Of a DNA stretch of 64,000 nucleotides, positions 26,744-37,153 are shown one piece after another. Source of the stretch: an uncultured Planctomycetia bacterium. GTDB lineage: Bacteria > Planctomycetota > Planctomycetia > Pirellulales > Thermoguttaceae. The stretch spans positions 57,153-121,152 of the forward strand of contig CAWAAL010000024.1 in NCBI GenBank assembly GCA_963779975.1, read 5' to 3'. Position 1 is the stretch's first letter. The number at the start of each line of letters is the position of its first letter. The notes under the pieces were generated by a model. The model was not told the DNA's origin. It saw nothing but the letters and a program-made list of their open reading frames with translations, and did no database searches. The position numbers and the translations under genes were made by a program.

Positions 26744-29150
26744 ATGACGACAAAAGCCCTTTCCCCCGAACTGCTCCAGAAGATGGACGCTTATTGGCGC
26801 GCCGCGAACTATCTCTCGGTCGGCCAGATTTACCTTTATGACAATCCCCTCCTGAAGCGGCCGCTTGCGCTTGCCGACGTGAAGCACATGCTGCTGGGAC
26901 ACTGGGGCACGACCCCCGGACAGAACTTCATCTACGCACACCTGAACCGGGTCATCAAGAAATACGACCTCGACATGATTTATGTCTCCGGTCCGGGGCA
27001 CGGCGGCCCGGCCGTCGTGGCCAACACGTACCTCGAAGGCACGTACAGCGAGGTCTATCCCGACATCAGCCAGGACGAGGCCGGGCTGCGGAAGCTCTTT
27101 CTGCAGTTCTCGTTTCCCGGAGGAATTCCCAGCCACGCATCGCCCGAGTGCCCGGGCTCGATCCACGAGGGCGGCGAGTTGGGCTATTCGCTCAGCCATT
27201 CGTTCGGAGCGGTGTTCGACAATCCCGGTCTCATCGTCGCCTGCGTCGTCGGCGACGGCGAGGCGGAGACGGGACCGCTGGCCACGGCGTGGCATTCGAA
27301 CAAGTTCCTCGATCCGGCCACCGATGGCGCGGTGCTGCCGATCTTGCATCTCAACGGCTACAAGATTTCCAACCCGACCATCCTGGCCCGCATCGAGCAC
27401 GAGGAATTGGAGCAGTTGCTCCGCGGCTACGGGTGGACGCCCTACTTCGTCGAGGGGCACGAGCCCGAACTGATGCACGAGGCGATGGCCGCGACGCTCG
27501 ACGCGGCGGTGGAGCAGATCCGACAAGTCCAGGACAACGCCCGCCGACCATCGGTAGATGGCGCCCCCTACAGCCTGACGCGTCCGCGCTGGCCGATGAT
27601 CGTGCTGAACTCGCCCAAGGGCTGGACGGGGCCGAAGATGATCGATGGATTGCAAGTGGAAGGCACCTTCCGGGCGCACCAGGTGCCGCTCTCCGATCCG
27701 GCGACGCATCCGGAACACCTCAAGCTGCTGGAAGACTGGCTGAGGAGCTACCGGCCGGAGGAACTCTTCGACGATTCAGGCCGCCTGAAAGCGGAGTTGG
27801 CCGAACTGGCGCCCCAAGGCCAGCGGCGCATGGGCGCCAATCCCCACGCCAACGGCGGCCTGCTGCTCCGCGACCTGCGGATGCCGGACTTCCGCGACTA
27901 CGCGGAAGCCGTACCCTCGCCGGGCGCGCGCGGCATCGGCGAACGTCCACGTGCTCGGGCCTTTCCTCCGCGACGTGGCGAAGCTCAACGCCGAGCCGAC
28001 CATGGGTACACGGTGCCCGAACTTTCGCGTCTTCGGCCCTGACGAGACGCTCTCCAACGGCCTGGAGGCCCTTTTCGAAGTGACGCAGCGCCAATGGGAC
28101 GCCGCAACCGTGCCCAACGACGAATTCCTCGCGCCCGCGGGGCGGGTGATGGAAATGCTCAGCGAACATCAATGCGAGGGCTGGCTCGAAGGCTACCTGC
28201 TCACCGGGCGGCATGGACTCTTCAACTGCTACGAGGCCTTCATCCACATCGTCGATTCGATGTTCAACCAGCACGCCAAGTGGCTGAAGGTCACGTCGCG
28301 CTTGCCGTGGCGGCGGAAGATCGCCTCGCTGAACTACCTGCTGGCCTCGCACGTCTGGCGCCAGGACCACAACGGTTTCACGCACCAGGACCCCGGTTTC
28401 ATCGATCACGTCCTGAACAAGAAGGCCGAAATCGTCCGCGTTTACCTCCCCCCGGACGCCAACTGCCTGCTCTCCGTGATCGACCACTGCCTCCGCAGCC
28501 GGCATTACGTGAACGTCGTGGTCGCGGGCAAACACCCCGCGCCGCAGTGGCTGACGATGGACGCCGCCGTCAAGCACTGCACCGAGGGCATCGGCATCTG
28601 GCCGTGGGCGAGCAACGACCAGGGCGTCGCCCCCGACGTGGTCATGGCCTGCTGCGGCGACGTGCCCACGCTGGAGACGCTCGCCGCCGTCTCGATCCTC
28701 CGCGAGCATCTGCCGGAGTTGAAGATCCGGGTGCTCAACGTCGTCGACCTCATGCGGCTGCAACCGCAAAGCGAACACCCGCACGGGCTGAGCGACATGG
28801 ATTTCGACGAGCTTTTCACCAAGGACAAGCCGGTCATCTTCGCGTTCCATGCCTACCCATGGCTGGTCCACCGGCTGACCTACCGCCGCACCAACCACCG
28901 CAACATCCACGTCCGCGGCTACAAGGAAGAGGGCACCATCACCACGCCCTTCGACATGACGGTGCTGAACGATCTGGACCGCTTCCATCTTGTGATGGAC
29001 GTCATCGACCGCCTGCCGCAGACCGGCGACAAGGGCATCTATCTCAAGCAGCAACTCAAGGACAAGCTCATCGAGCACAAGCAATACATCGAGAAGTACG
29101 GCCAGGACCTGCCGGAAATCCGCAACTGGAAGTGGGACAACCTCAAATGA
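26744..29150 (+). CDS. xfp: phosphoketolase (xylulose-5-P/fructose-6-P), 1 frameshift in this sequence
   Basis: Track ORFs 26744..28042 and 27951..29150 together cover a full ~800-aa Xfp ([62 protein letters not shown]). The shift is near 27941-27946. Confidence 0.9.
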
Positions 29151-29367
29151 ATGCACAAGCGCTTATGGACTGCCCGCGCTGTCCAGCAACCGGCATTGGA
29201 GACTTGGCAAGGCAAGGAGGCCCACGTAACGGCGGCACGGCAAGCCCTGGTTCATCGGGCCCGGTGCAACCGGGCAGCGCGTCGCGGCGAATATGATGCC
29301 GCGATGGAACGAATACGAGCGTCACAACAAGTGTCCGGCAACTCATGTAACTTGTGAAACTGAAGGG

Positions 29368-30237
29368 ATGACGATGAAAGTCAATTTGAACGATTTCCGC
29401 GTGCGGCCCGGAAAGAAGACCGCACTCGAAGAGTGGCCGACGATCGTCAAGCCCTTCTGCACGTCGAAAAAGCGGTATCGAAAACTGCTGGAAAAGCACG
29501 TCGAGGAGCTGAGCGCGCTGCAGAATCTTCACTACGCGTCCAGTCGCTATGCATTGCTGCTGATTTTCCAGGGAATGGACGCTGCCGGCAAGGACGGCGC
29601 CGTCCGGCACGTCATGTCCGGGGTCAATCCGGAGGGCTGCGAGGTTTTCAGTTTCAAACAGCCCAGCGCCGAGGAATTAAAACACGATTTTCTATGGCGC
29701 TCGACCTGCCGCCTGCCGGAGCGCGGGCGGATCGGCATCTTCAATCGTTCCTACTACGAGGAGGTGCTCGTCGTTCGCGTGCATCCGGAGATCCTCCGCA
29801 ACCAAGGGCTTCCGCATGAGCTTGTCGACGAAAAGAACCTTTGGAAGGAGCGGTATCGTTCCATCGTTGACTTTGAGGAGCATCTCCACCGTAACGGTAC
29901 CCGGATCATCAAGGTTTTCCTCCACCTGTCGAAGGACGAACAGCGAAAGCGGTTCCTGGAGCGCATCGACGAATCGGACAAAAATTGGAAATTCAGCCTC
30001 GCCGACATCCAGGAGAGGAAATACTGGAAACAATACACGAAGGCCTTTGAGGCCTGCCTGACCGCGACGAGCACGCGCCACGCGCCGTGGTACGTCGTTC
30101 CCGCCGACGATAAGGAGAATGCCCGGTTGGTTGTTTCCCAAATCGTTCTCGATGCGCTCAATGACCTTAAGATGGCCTATCCCAAGACCACCGCCAAACG
30201 CCGGCGGGAACTGAAATCGATCCGCAAACGGCTCTGA
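29368..30237 (+). CDS. ppk2: polyphosphate kinase 2 family protein
   Basis: ATG 29368. [20 protein letters not shown] (Walker A), [24 protein letters not shown]. Confidence 0.85.
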   Translation: MTMKVNLNDFRVRPGKKTALEEWPTIVKPFCTSKKRYRKLLEKHVEELSALQNLHYASSRYALLLIFQGMDAAGKDGAVRHVMSGVNPEGCEVFSFKQPSAEELKHDFLWRSTCRLPERGRIGIFNRSYYEEVLVVRVHPEILRNQGLPHELVDEKNLWKERYRSIVDFEEHLHRNGTRIIKVFLHLSKDEQRKRFLERIDESDKNWKFSLADIQERKYWKQYTKAFEACLTATSTRHAPWYVVPADDKENARLVVSQIVLDALNDLKMAYPKTTAKRRRELKSIRKRL

Positions 30238-30247
30238 GTCAGCCCCG

Positions 30248-30349
30248 CTATTTCTTCTTCGCGTCGCGGAGCATCGGCGACTCGGCCAGGGTGAAAAGAA
30301 CGACCTCCTCGCCAGTGAGGGTGCTTATGTCATGGCGCATGCTCAACGC
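30248..30349 (-). pseudogene. DUF2294 gene relic (last 33 codons + stop)
   Basis: The reverse strand reads LSMRHDISTLTGEEVVLFTLAESPMLRDAKKK-stop. It lies 47 nt left of the copy 6 promoter. Confidence 0.7.
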
Positions 30350-30396
30350 AATCCAGGCAATCATCATATCAAGGTTAGAAAAAGGGCAATAGTCGC

Positions 30397-30581
30397 TTGC
30401 CTTTTTTGCGTGGCTGGTTACAATGACCGGTGGGAAGAGTCGCGGCGGACTAGACTGTGGCTTTTCACTGGAATTGTCGGATGACTAGATAGAGGGCAAC
30501 CCGGCCGTGCCGGGGGGCTCGGTAGCGAGTAAGCCGACGTGGTCGAATACCTGCGGGTATTCCGTCACGTCGGCTTTTTTC
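30397..30581 (+). ncRNA. GTCGGATGACTAG-box RNA module, copy 6
   Basis: TTGCCT 30397-30402, 16 nt, TACAAT 30419-30424. Box 30476-30488; T6 30575-30580. 56 nt to ATG 30637. Confidence 0.75.
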
Positions 30582-30636
30582 GTTTTCTGCCAGTTTTGGT
30601 CCAAGCCCCACTTGTTACCCAATGAGGAACTGAATC

Positions 30637-31170
30637 ATGTCCGAGAAGAAGTCCGTTGTCGCTATTTTTGAAACCCACGATCAAGCCGAGGACGCTGTTC
30701 GCGAACTCCAGAAGGACGGCTTCGACATGAAGAAGCTGTCGATCGTCGGCAAGGCTTACCTCACGGACGAGCACGTCGTCGGCTACTACAACACGGGCGA
30801 CCGCATGATGTATTGGGGCAAGCTGGGGGCCTTCTGGGGCGGCTTCTGGGGACTGCTCTTCGGCTCCGCGTTCTTCTGGGTGCCGGGCATCGGTCCGCTC
30901 GTCGTGGCGGGACCGTTGGTGACCTGGATCGTCGCCGGGCTCGAAGGCGCCGTCATGACAGGATCGCTCACCGCTCTCGGCGCAGGACTCTACAGCATCG
31001 GGATTCCCAAGAACAGCATCGTAGAATACGAGACCGAGGTGAAGAGCGGCAAGCTTCTCCTGGTTGCCCACGGAACGGCCGACGAAGTGGAACACGCCCG
31101 GGACCTCCTGCATCAGACGGGAGTGGAGACAGCAACGGTTCATGCGGAGCGGGTCGCAGTCGGCGTCTAA
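30637..31170 (+). CDS. YflT/general-stress-protein-17M-like domain membrane protein
   Basis: VVAIFETHDQAEDAVRELQKDGFDMKKLSIVGK, then glycine-zipper TM segments, then LLLVAHGTADEVEHARDLL. Confidence 0.5.
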   Translation: MSEKKSVVAIFETHDQAEDAVRELQKDGFDMKKLSIVGKAYLTDEHVVGYYNTGDRMMYWGKLGAFWGGFWGLLFGSAFFWVPGIGPLVVAGPLVTWIVAGLEGAVMTGSLTALGAGLYSIGIPKNSIVEYETEVKSGKLLLVAHGTADEVEHARDLLHQTGVETATVHAERVAVGV

Positions 31171-31181
31171 GGTCAGGAACC

Positions 31182-31391
31182 ATGGAAGACCACCACGAGC
31201 ATGGCCACCAACACGAGCATGACCACCACCACGGGCCGCCGCGCAGGAAACTGCATCGCGATTGGCGCCTGTGGCTGGTGGTCGGCCTGATGCTGGCCGC
31301 GATGCTCATGTACGTTTTGTCAGACAACGAGCGATTCGGTCTGGGACGAGGTACGGGAAAGATCTCCCCGCCCGTCCCGGCGATGCCGTGA
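31182..31391 (+). CDS. His-rich small membrane-anchored protein
   Basis: ATG 31182: MEDHHEHGHQHEHDHHHGPPRRKLHRDWRLWLVVGLMLAAMLMYVL... No family recognised. Confidence 0.4.
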   Translation: MEDHHEHGHQHEHDHHHGPPRRKLHRDWRLWLVVGLMLAAMLMYVLSDNERFGLGRGTGKISPPVPAMP

Positions 31392-31421
31392 TCCTCGGGG
31401 AGCCAGGGGGGAGGATATCGG

Positions 31422-32579
31422 ATGGACAAGATTAGGCCGGAAACACATGGTCCCGAACATCATTCGTACAGGGCGAAGCCGTTGACGGTGATCCTCGTCG
31501 CGCTGGCCGGCGGCGCAGTGCTGTATTTTGGCGTCATGGCATGGTATTTCACGGGGGTCGATCCGGGCGGCGGGCCGCCGGGCCTCGATGAGGCCGCGAC
31601 GGAGTCGTCTTCCGCCGGCGAGGGCCAGGGCAACTTGGCCCTTCCTTCTTTTTCAGCAAGACTATTTTCGGAGGTTCAAGTCATGTGGATGCACTATACT
31701 GCAATTGGCCTGGGGGTCGCCCTGGTATTGGTCGCCTTGTACCTGGCGAGTTGTATCCGTGTTCTCAACGAATACCAGCGCGGCGTCATCTTCCGCCTGG
31801 GCCGGGCCATGCCCGCGCCCAAGGGACCGGGGCTGATCATGGTCTTCTCGCCGGTCGACAGCATGGTGCGAGTCGACTTGCGGACCATAACAAGAGTCAT
31901 CGAGCCCCAGGACATCATCACCCGGGACAACGTCTCGGTCCGCGTCAATGCCGTGCTCTATTTCCGGGTCGTGGACCCCATGCGGTCCGTGTTGGAAGTG
32001 GCCGACTTCTTGTTCGCCACTTCCCAGGTGGCGTTGACGACGTTGCGCAGCACGCTGGGGCAGGCGGAACTCGACGACCTCCTGACGGAGCGGGACAAAG
32101 TGAACCGCCGCTTGCAAGAGATCATCGATAAGCACACCGAGCCGTGGGGAGTGAAAGTCTCCGTCGTGGAGGTCAAGGACGTGGACCTGCCCGAGCCGAT
32201 GAAGCGGTCCATGGCCCATCAGGCGGAGGCCGAACGCGACCGGCGTGCGAAGGTCATCAACGCGGAAGGGGAGTTCCAGGCCGCGGACAAACTCCGCCAG
32301 GCTGCCCAGATCATGACGCCCTATCCCATGGCGATGCAGATGCGCTACCTCCAGGCCCTGGCCGAGGTAGCCTCCGAAAAGAACTCCACCATCATCTTTC
32401 CGCTGCCGTTGGAACTGTTGGCGCCGTTCCTGAAAAGCGGCCGGGACGGCGCGAGCAGCGCCGTGCCAACCAGCACGCGACTCGAGAATGCAACCCTTGG
32501 TGTAAATGATTCTTTAGAACCGGCGCAAGTTATCGGATCGGGAGCAATGCCAGCGACGATCGGCGGGAACGGCCGGTAG
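31422..32579 (+). CDS. SPFH/band-7 (stomatin-like) protein
   Basis: LNEYQRGVIFRLGR..., DLRTITRVIEPQDIITRDNVSVRVNAVLYFRV, AEAERDRRAKVINAEGEFQAA. Confidence 0.8.
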   Translation: MDKIRPETHGPEHHSYRAKPLTVILVALAGGAVLYFGVMAWYFTGVDPGGGPPGLDEAATESSSAGEGQGNLALPSFSARLFSEVQVMWMHYTAIGLGVALVLVALYLASCIRVLNEYQRGVIFRLGRAMPAPKGPGLIMVFSPVDSMVRVDLRTITRVIEPQDIITRDNVSVRVNAVLYFRVVDPMRSVLEVADFLFATSQVALTTLRSTLGQAELDDLLTERDKVNRRLQEIIDKHTEPWGVKVSVVEVKDVDLPEPMKRSMAHQAEAERDRRAKVINAEGEFQAADKLRQAAQIMTPYPMAMQMRYLQALAEVASEKNSTIIFPLPLELLAPFLKSGRDGASSAVPTSTRLENATLGVNDSLEPAQVIGSGAMPATIGGNGR

Positions 32580-32582
32580 CAT

Positions 32583-32732
32583 GTTCAGTTGGAGCACGAT
32601 GGCGCCACTTATGCTGTCGGCAAAGGCGACGTGTTGCTCTTGCCGGCCGTGGTCGGAGCGTGTTTCTGCCGACCGCGTGGCGCCATTGGCTTGTTGGAGA
32701 TTTCGCTGCCGGCAAAGAACCCGACCCCATGA
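32583..32732 (+). pseudogene. possible cupin / mannose-6-phosphate-isomerase-like 3' relic
   Basis: VQLEHDGATYAVGKGDVLLLPAVVGACFCRPRGAIGLLEISLP ends in an ATGA overlap with the next gene. It has no 5' part and lies in frame behind the SPFH stop codon. Confidence 0.3.
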
Positions 32733-33512
32733 AAAAGCTCATTGTCTTCGATCTTGATGGCACGCTTGCCGAAAGCAAGGCATCTCTCGACGCCGAGATG
32801 GCCACACTGCTCACCACTCTCCTAGGCATCGTGAAGGTGGCTGTCATTTCCGGTGGCAACTGGCCGCAATTCGAAAAACAAGTTCTCTCTCAATCTTCCC
32901 CACGACGAACGTCTGAAGAACTTGTCTCTCCTTCCTACCTGTGGAACAAAGTTCTACCAATACGCAGGCGATTGGAAAAAGCTCTATTCCGAAGATTTCA
33001 CCGCAGCGGAGAAAGACAAAATCATCAGCTCTCTCAACAAGGCGATCGGGGCAGCGGGCTGCAAGGTCGAAAAAGTCTGGGGAGAGGTCATTGAAGACCG
33101 GGGAAGCCAGATTACGTTCTCCGCACTAGGCCAGCAGGCTCCGCTCGATGAAAAGAAGAAATGGGACCCTGACTTCGCCAAGCGGAAGAAGATGAAAGCA
33201 CTCCTCGATAAGCTTATCCCCGAGTTTTCCGTGCGATTGGGCGGCGCGACATCCGTTGACGTCACCAAGCCCGGCATCGACAAAGCCTACGGGATTCGAA
33301 AACTCCGCGACACCCTGGGCATTGCAATTCATGACATGATTTATGTCGGGGATGCCTTGTTTCCTGGCGGGAACGACTATCCGGCTGAAGAAGCGGGTGC
33401 GGTTTCGATCCAGGTCCGAGATCCCCACGAGACGAAACGCGTGATTGAAGCGATCATCGCTTGTTTGGATGGCGATGAACCGGCACAACCTCGCAAGGAG
33501 GAGAGTCGATGA
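32729..33512 (+). CDS. HAD-IIB family sugar phosphatase/phosphomannomutase-like, 1 frameshift in this sequence
   Basis: MKKLIVFDLDGTLAESK...ISGGNWPQFEKQVLS continues in another frame (NLPHDERLKNLSLLPTCGTKFY...GGATSVDVTKPGIDKAYG...VGDALFPGGNDYP). The shift is near 32890. Confidence 0.7.
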
Positions 33513-34619
33513 ACGGCTTTCAATTGCAGCGGCTCGGGCTGATGATGGAGCCGGAACCGGGCAATCCGCATGGAGGCTGAAGGCGTCCTGAATCCGGCGG
33601 CCGTTCGCGGCCCTGACGGCAAGCTTTACCTGTTTCCACGGCTCGTCGCGCGAGGCAATTATTCGCGCATCGGCATTGCCCGCGTAAAATTCAACGAAGC
33701 CGGCGATCCGTGTGGAGTCCAACGGCTCGGCATCGCACTGGAGCCGGAAACCGATTATGAGCGTCGGCCCGACGGCAGCGGTGGCTGCGAGGATCCGCGT
33801 GTCACGTTCGTCGAACCGCTTCAGTGCTACATGATGACTTACGCGGCGCTCTCGCCCATCGGCCCACGGATTGCCGTGGCCGTATCGGAGGATCTGTTTC
33901 ACTGGAAGCGACTGGGGCTCGCGACCTTTGCTCCGTATGACGGCATCGATTTCGTTCACGTGGACAACAAGGATGCCAGCCTCTTCCCCGTCGCCATCCC
34001 CAATCACGCCGGGAAAATGCAGATGGCCATGCTCCATCGTCCCCTTTTCCCCGGCACTCGTCCCGAGGAAACCGCCTGCCAGGCCGCGTCGCGCGAGGTG
34101 GATCTCGATCATGAGAGCATCTGGATTTCCTACTGTCCGATGGCCTTGGAGGGTCCCGAACCGTCACACCTCGGCCTGTTTAATTCGCATCACCGGCTGG
34201 CGACTCCGGTGTCGCCCTGGGAGCGGCTCAAGATCGGTGCGGGCACTCCGCCCGTCATGACCCGGCACGGCTGGCTGATCCTTTACCACGGCGTGAGCGA
34301 AATGGCGGAGGCAAGTAACGACGGACATCATTTGTGCTACTCGGCCGGGGTGATGGTGCTCTCGAAGGAACATCCGCGCGTGATCCGCTATCGTTCGGCG
34401 GAGCCTGTGTTGACGCCGGAATTGCCTCAAGAGCGCTGCGGGACCATTGCCAACGTCGTGTTCCCCACCGGCATCGACCGCCGCGACGACATCGGCTTGC
34501 CGGACCGCTTCGACGTTTACTACGGGATGGCCGACAACCGGATTGGCGCGGCACGCCTGGATGTGCCGGATTTCCTGCCGCCGGGACGAGTCGTCGATCC
34601 GCCGGAAGCAAAGGTGTAG
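33509..34619 (+). CDS. GH130-like glycosidase/phosphorylase family protein, 1 frameshift in this sequence
   Basis: ATG 33509 (ATGA overlap). MNGFQLQRLGLMMEPEPGNPH, then a shift at 33569-33573 into EAEGVLNPAAVRGPDGKLYLFPR...CEDPRV...GWLILYHGV...VYYGMADNRIG. Confidence 0.65.
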
Positions 34620-34654
34620 CGTGCCCGATTTCGGGAAAGAACAGGAGGATAGTC

Positions 34655-37153
34655 ATGTTGAAACCAAATGCAGATAAGCCGGGATCGAAGGACGATCTAA
34701 AATCCCTGCCGCTGGCGGAGGTGGAGAAACGATTGGGCTCGTCGCCGGACGGCCTCAGTCAAGCCGAGGCGCAGAAACGGCTGACCCAATATGGGCCTAA
34801 CGAGATTGAAGAAAAGAAGACCAATCCGCTCCTGAAATTCCTCGCCTATTTTTGGGGTCCCATCCCGTGGATGATCGAAGTGGCGGTGATTCTGTCGGGT
34901 GCGGTCCAGCACTGGCCGGATTTCTTCATCATCCTCCTCTTGCTGGTGACCAACGCCGTGGTCGGATTCTGGGAAGAACACCAGGCGGGCAACGCCATCG
35001 CCGCCCTGAAGGCCAAGCTGGCGATCAAGGCGAGGGTGAAACGTGATGGGAAGTGGGTCAACCCGGCGGCGCGTGAGTTGGTGCCGGGCGACGTCATCCG
35101 CATGCGCCTGGGCGACATCGTGCCGGCCGATGCACGGCTGTTGGACGGCGACCCGGTGGAGGTGGATCAATCCGCGCTGACGGGAGAGTCGTTGCCCGCC
35201 GAGCGCAAACCGGGCGAGGCGGTGTTTTCCGGTTCGATCATTCGTCAGGGTGAAATCGGCGCACTGGTCTACGCCACGGGGGCAAACACCTACTTCGGCA
35301 AGACGGCGCAACTGGTGCAGGAGGCACACACCGTCAGCCATTTTCAAAAGGCGGTCTTGAAGATCGGCGATTACCTGATCATCCTCGCGGCGGCTCTGGT
35401 GGCAGTGATCGTCGTGGTTGCGCTGTTCCGCGGCGATCCGATGCTTTACGCAGAGCCCGGCCGGGAGCCCGTACTGTTGTTTGCGCTGGTCCTCACGGTG
35501 GCCGCGATTCCCGTGGCAATGCCCACGGTGTTGTCGGTGACGATGGCGGTCGGCGCCCGCCTGCTCGCCAGGAAAAAGGCGATCGTGAGCAAGCTGGTGG
35601 CCATCGAGGAACTGGCGGGCGTGGACGTGCTGTGCGCGGACAAGACCGGCACCCTGACCCAGAACAAGCTGACGCTGGGCGATCCGTTCAGCGTACACAA
35701 CGTCGCCGCCGATCAAGTGATCCTGGATGGCGCGCTGGCGTCGCGTGCGGATAATAACGACACCATCGATCTGGCCGTCCTGGGCGGACTGAAAGACAAG
35801 GATTCGTTAAAGGCTTATGAGGTGCTTCATTTCCAGCCGTTCGACCCGGTGCATAAACGCACCGAGGCCACCGTCAAAGCCAAAGACGGAAAGACGTTCA
35901 AGGTGACGAAGGGTGCGCCGCAGGTGATTTTGGCGTTGTCGGCCAATGCCGGGCAGGTGAAGCCCGCCGTCGAGAAAGCCGTCAATGAATTTGCGGCGCG
36001 CGGCTTCCGTTCGTTGGGCGTGGCGCGGGCCGAGGGCGACGGGCCATGGCAGTTTGTCGGCGTGTTGCCCTTGTTCGATCCCCCGCGGGAAGATGCCAAG
36101 GCAACCATCGCGACCGCGCTGGCCATGGGCGTAAAGGTCAAGATGGTTACGGGGGACGCGCTGGCCATCGCCAAGGAAACCGCCAAGAAGCTGGACATGG
36201 GCACGAATATCCTCGATGCCGGCGGCCTGGGCGACACGAAGCATCACGAGACGGCGCAGTCGGCGGAGGCAATTGAAAAAGCGGACGGCTTCGCCCAGGT
36301 GTTCCCCGAACACAAGTTCCACATCGTGGACGTCCTGCAGCAACGCGGCCACATCGTCGGCATGACGGGCGACGGGGTGAACGATGCCCCCGCGCTGAAG
36401 AAGGCCGACTGCGGCATCGCCGTTTCCGACGCGACGGACGCGGCCCGCGCGGCGGCGGCCATCGTGCTGCTGACGCCGGGCCTATCGGTGATTATCGACG
36501 CCATCAAGGAGAGCCGGAAGATCTTCCAGCGGATGAACAGCTACGCGATCTACCGCATCGCCGAGACGCTGCGCGTGCTGTTCTTCATGACGCTGGCGAT
36601 CCTGGTGTTCAACTTCTATCCGTTGACGGCGGTGATGATCGTGATGCTGGCGTTGCTCAACGACGGGGCGATCCTCTCCATTGCCTATGACAACGTTCAT
36701 TACAAGGACAAGCCCGAGGCCTGGAACATGCACATGGTGCTGGGGGTCGCCACGGTGCTGGGCCTGATCGGGGTCGTCTCCGCGTTCCTTCTGTTTTATC
36801 TTGGCGAGCGTGTCTTCGGCCTCGACCGCGCGCACATCCAGACGCTGATGTACTTGAAGCTCTCCGTGGCGGGACATCTGACGATCTTCCTGACGCGGAC
36901 GCGCGGCCCGTTCTGGTCGATCCGCCCCGCGCGAATTCTATGGGTGGCCGTGCTCGGCACGCAAATCGTGGCGACGTTGATCGCCGTTTATGGACTGTTC
37001 ATGACGCCCCTTGGCTGGGGTTGGGCGATGTTTGTTTGGGGTTATGCCCTGGCTTGGTTCCTCGTGAATGACCGCCTGAAATTGCTCGCGTATCGGATTT
37101 TCGATCCAACTACCTTGCCCCTATTGGCCAAGAAACACTGCCATGCCGGATGA
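34655..37153 (+). CDS. P3A-type (plasma-membrane H+-ATPase-like) P-type ATPase
   Basis: ATG 34655 follows RBS AGGAGGA. LSQAEAQKRLTQYGPNEIEEKKTNPLLKFLAYFWGPIPWMIE, LTGESLP, CADKTGTLTQNKL, MTGDGVNDAPALKKADCGIAV. Confidence 0.85.
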   Translation: MLKPNADKPGSKDDLKSLPLAEVEKRLGSSPDGLSQAEAQKRLTQYGPNEIEEKKTNPLLKFLAYFWGPIPWMIEVAVILSGAVQHWPDFFIILLLLVTNAVVGFWEEHQAGNAIAALKAKLAIKARVKRDGKWVNPAARELVPGDVIRMRLGDIVPADARLLDGDPVEVDQSALTGESLPAERKPGEAVFSGSIIRQGEIGALVYATGANTYFGKTAQLVQEAHTVSHFQKAVLKIGDYLIILAAALVAVIVVVALFRGDPMLYAEPGREPVLLFALVLTVAAIPVAMPTVLSVTMAVGARLLARKKAIVSKLVAIEELAGVDVLCADKTGTLTQNKLTLGDPFSVHNVAADQVILDGALASRADNNDTIDLAVLGGLKDKDSLKAYEVLHFQPFDPVHKRTEATVKAKDGKTFKVTKGAPQVILALSANAGQVKPAVEKAVNEFAARGFRSLGVARAEGDGPWQFVGVLPLFDPPREDAKATIATALAMGVKVKMVTGDALAIAKETAKKLDMGTNILDAGGLGDTKHHETAQSAEAIEKADGFAQVFPEHKFHIVDVLQQRGHIVGMTGDGVNDAPALKKADCGIAVSDATDAARAAAAIVLLTPGLSVIIDAIKESRKIFQRMNSYAIYRIAETLRVLFFMTLAILVFNFYPLTAVMIVMLALLNDGAILSIAYDNVHYKDKPEAWNMHMVLGVATVLGLIGVVSAFLLFYLGERVFGLDRAHIQTLMYLKLSVAGHLTIFLTRTRGPFWSIRPARILWVAVLGTQIVATLIAVYGLFMTPLGWGWAMFVWGYALAWFLVNDRLKLLAYRIFDPTTLPLLAKKHCHAG

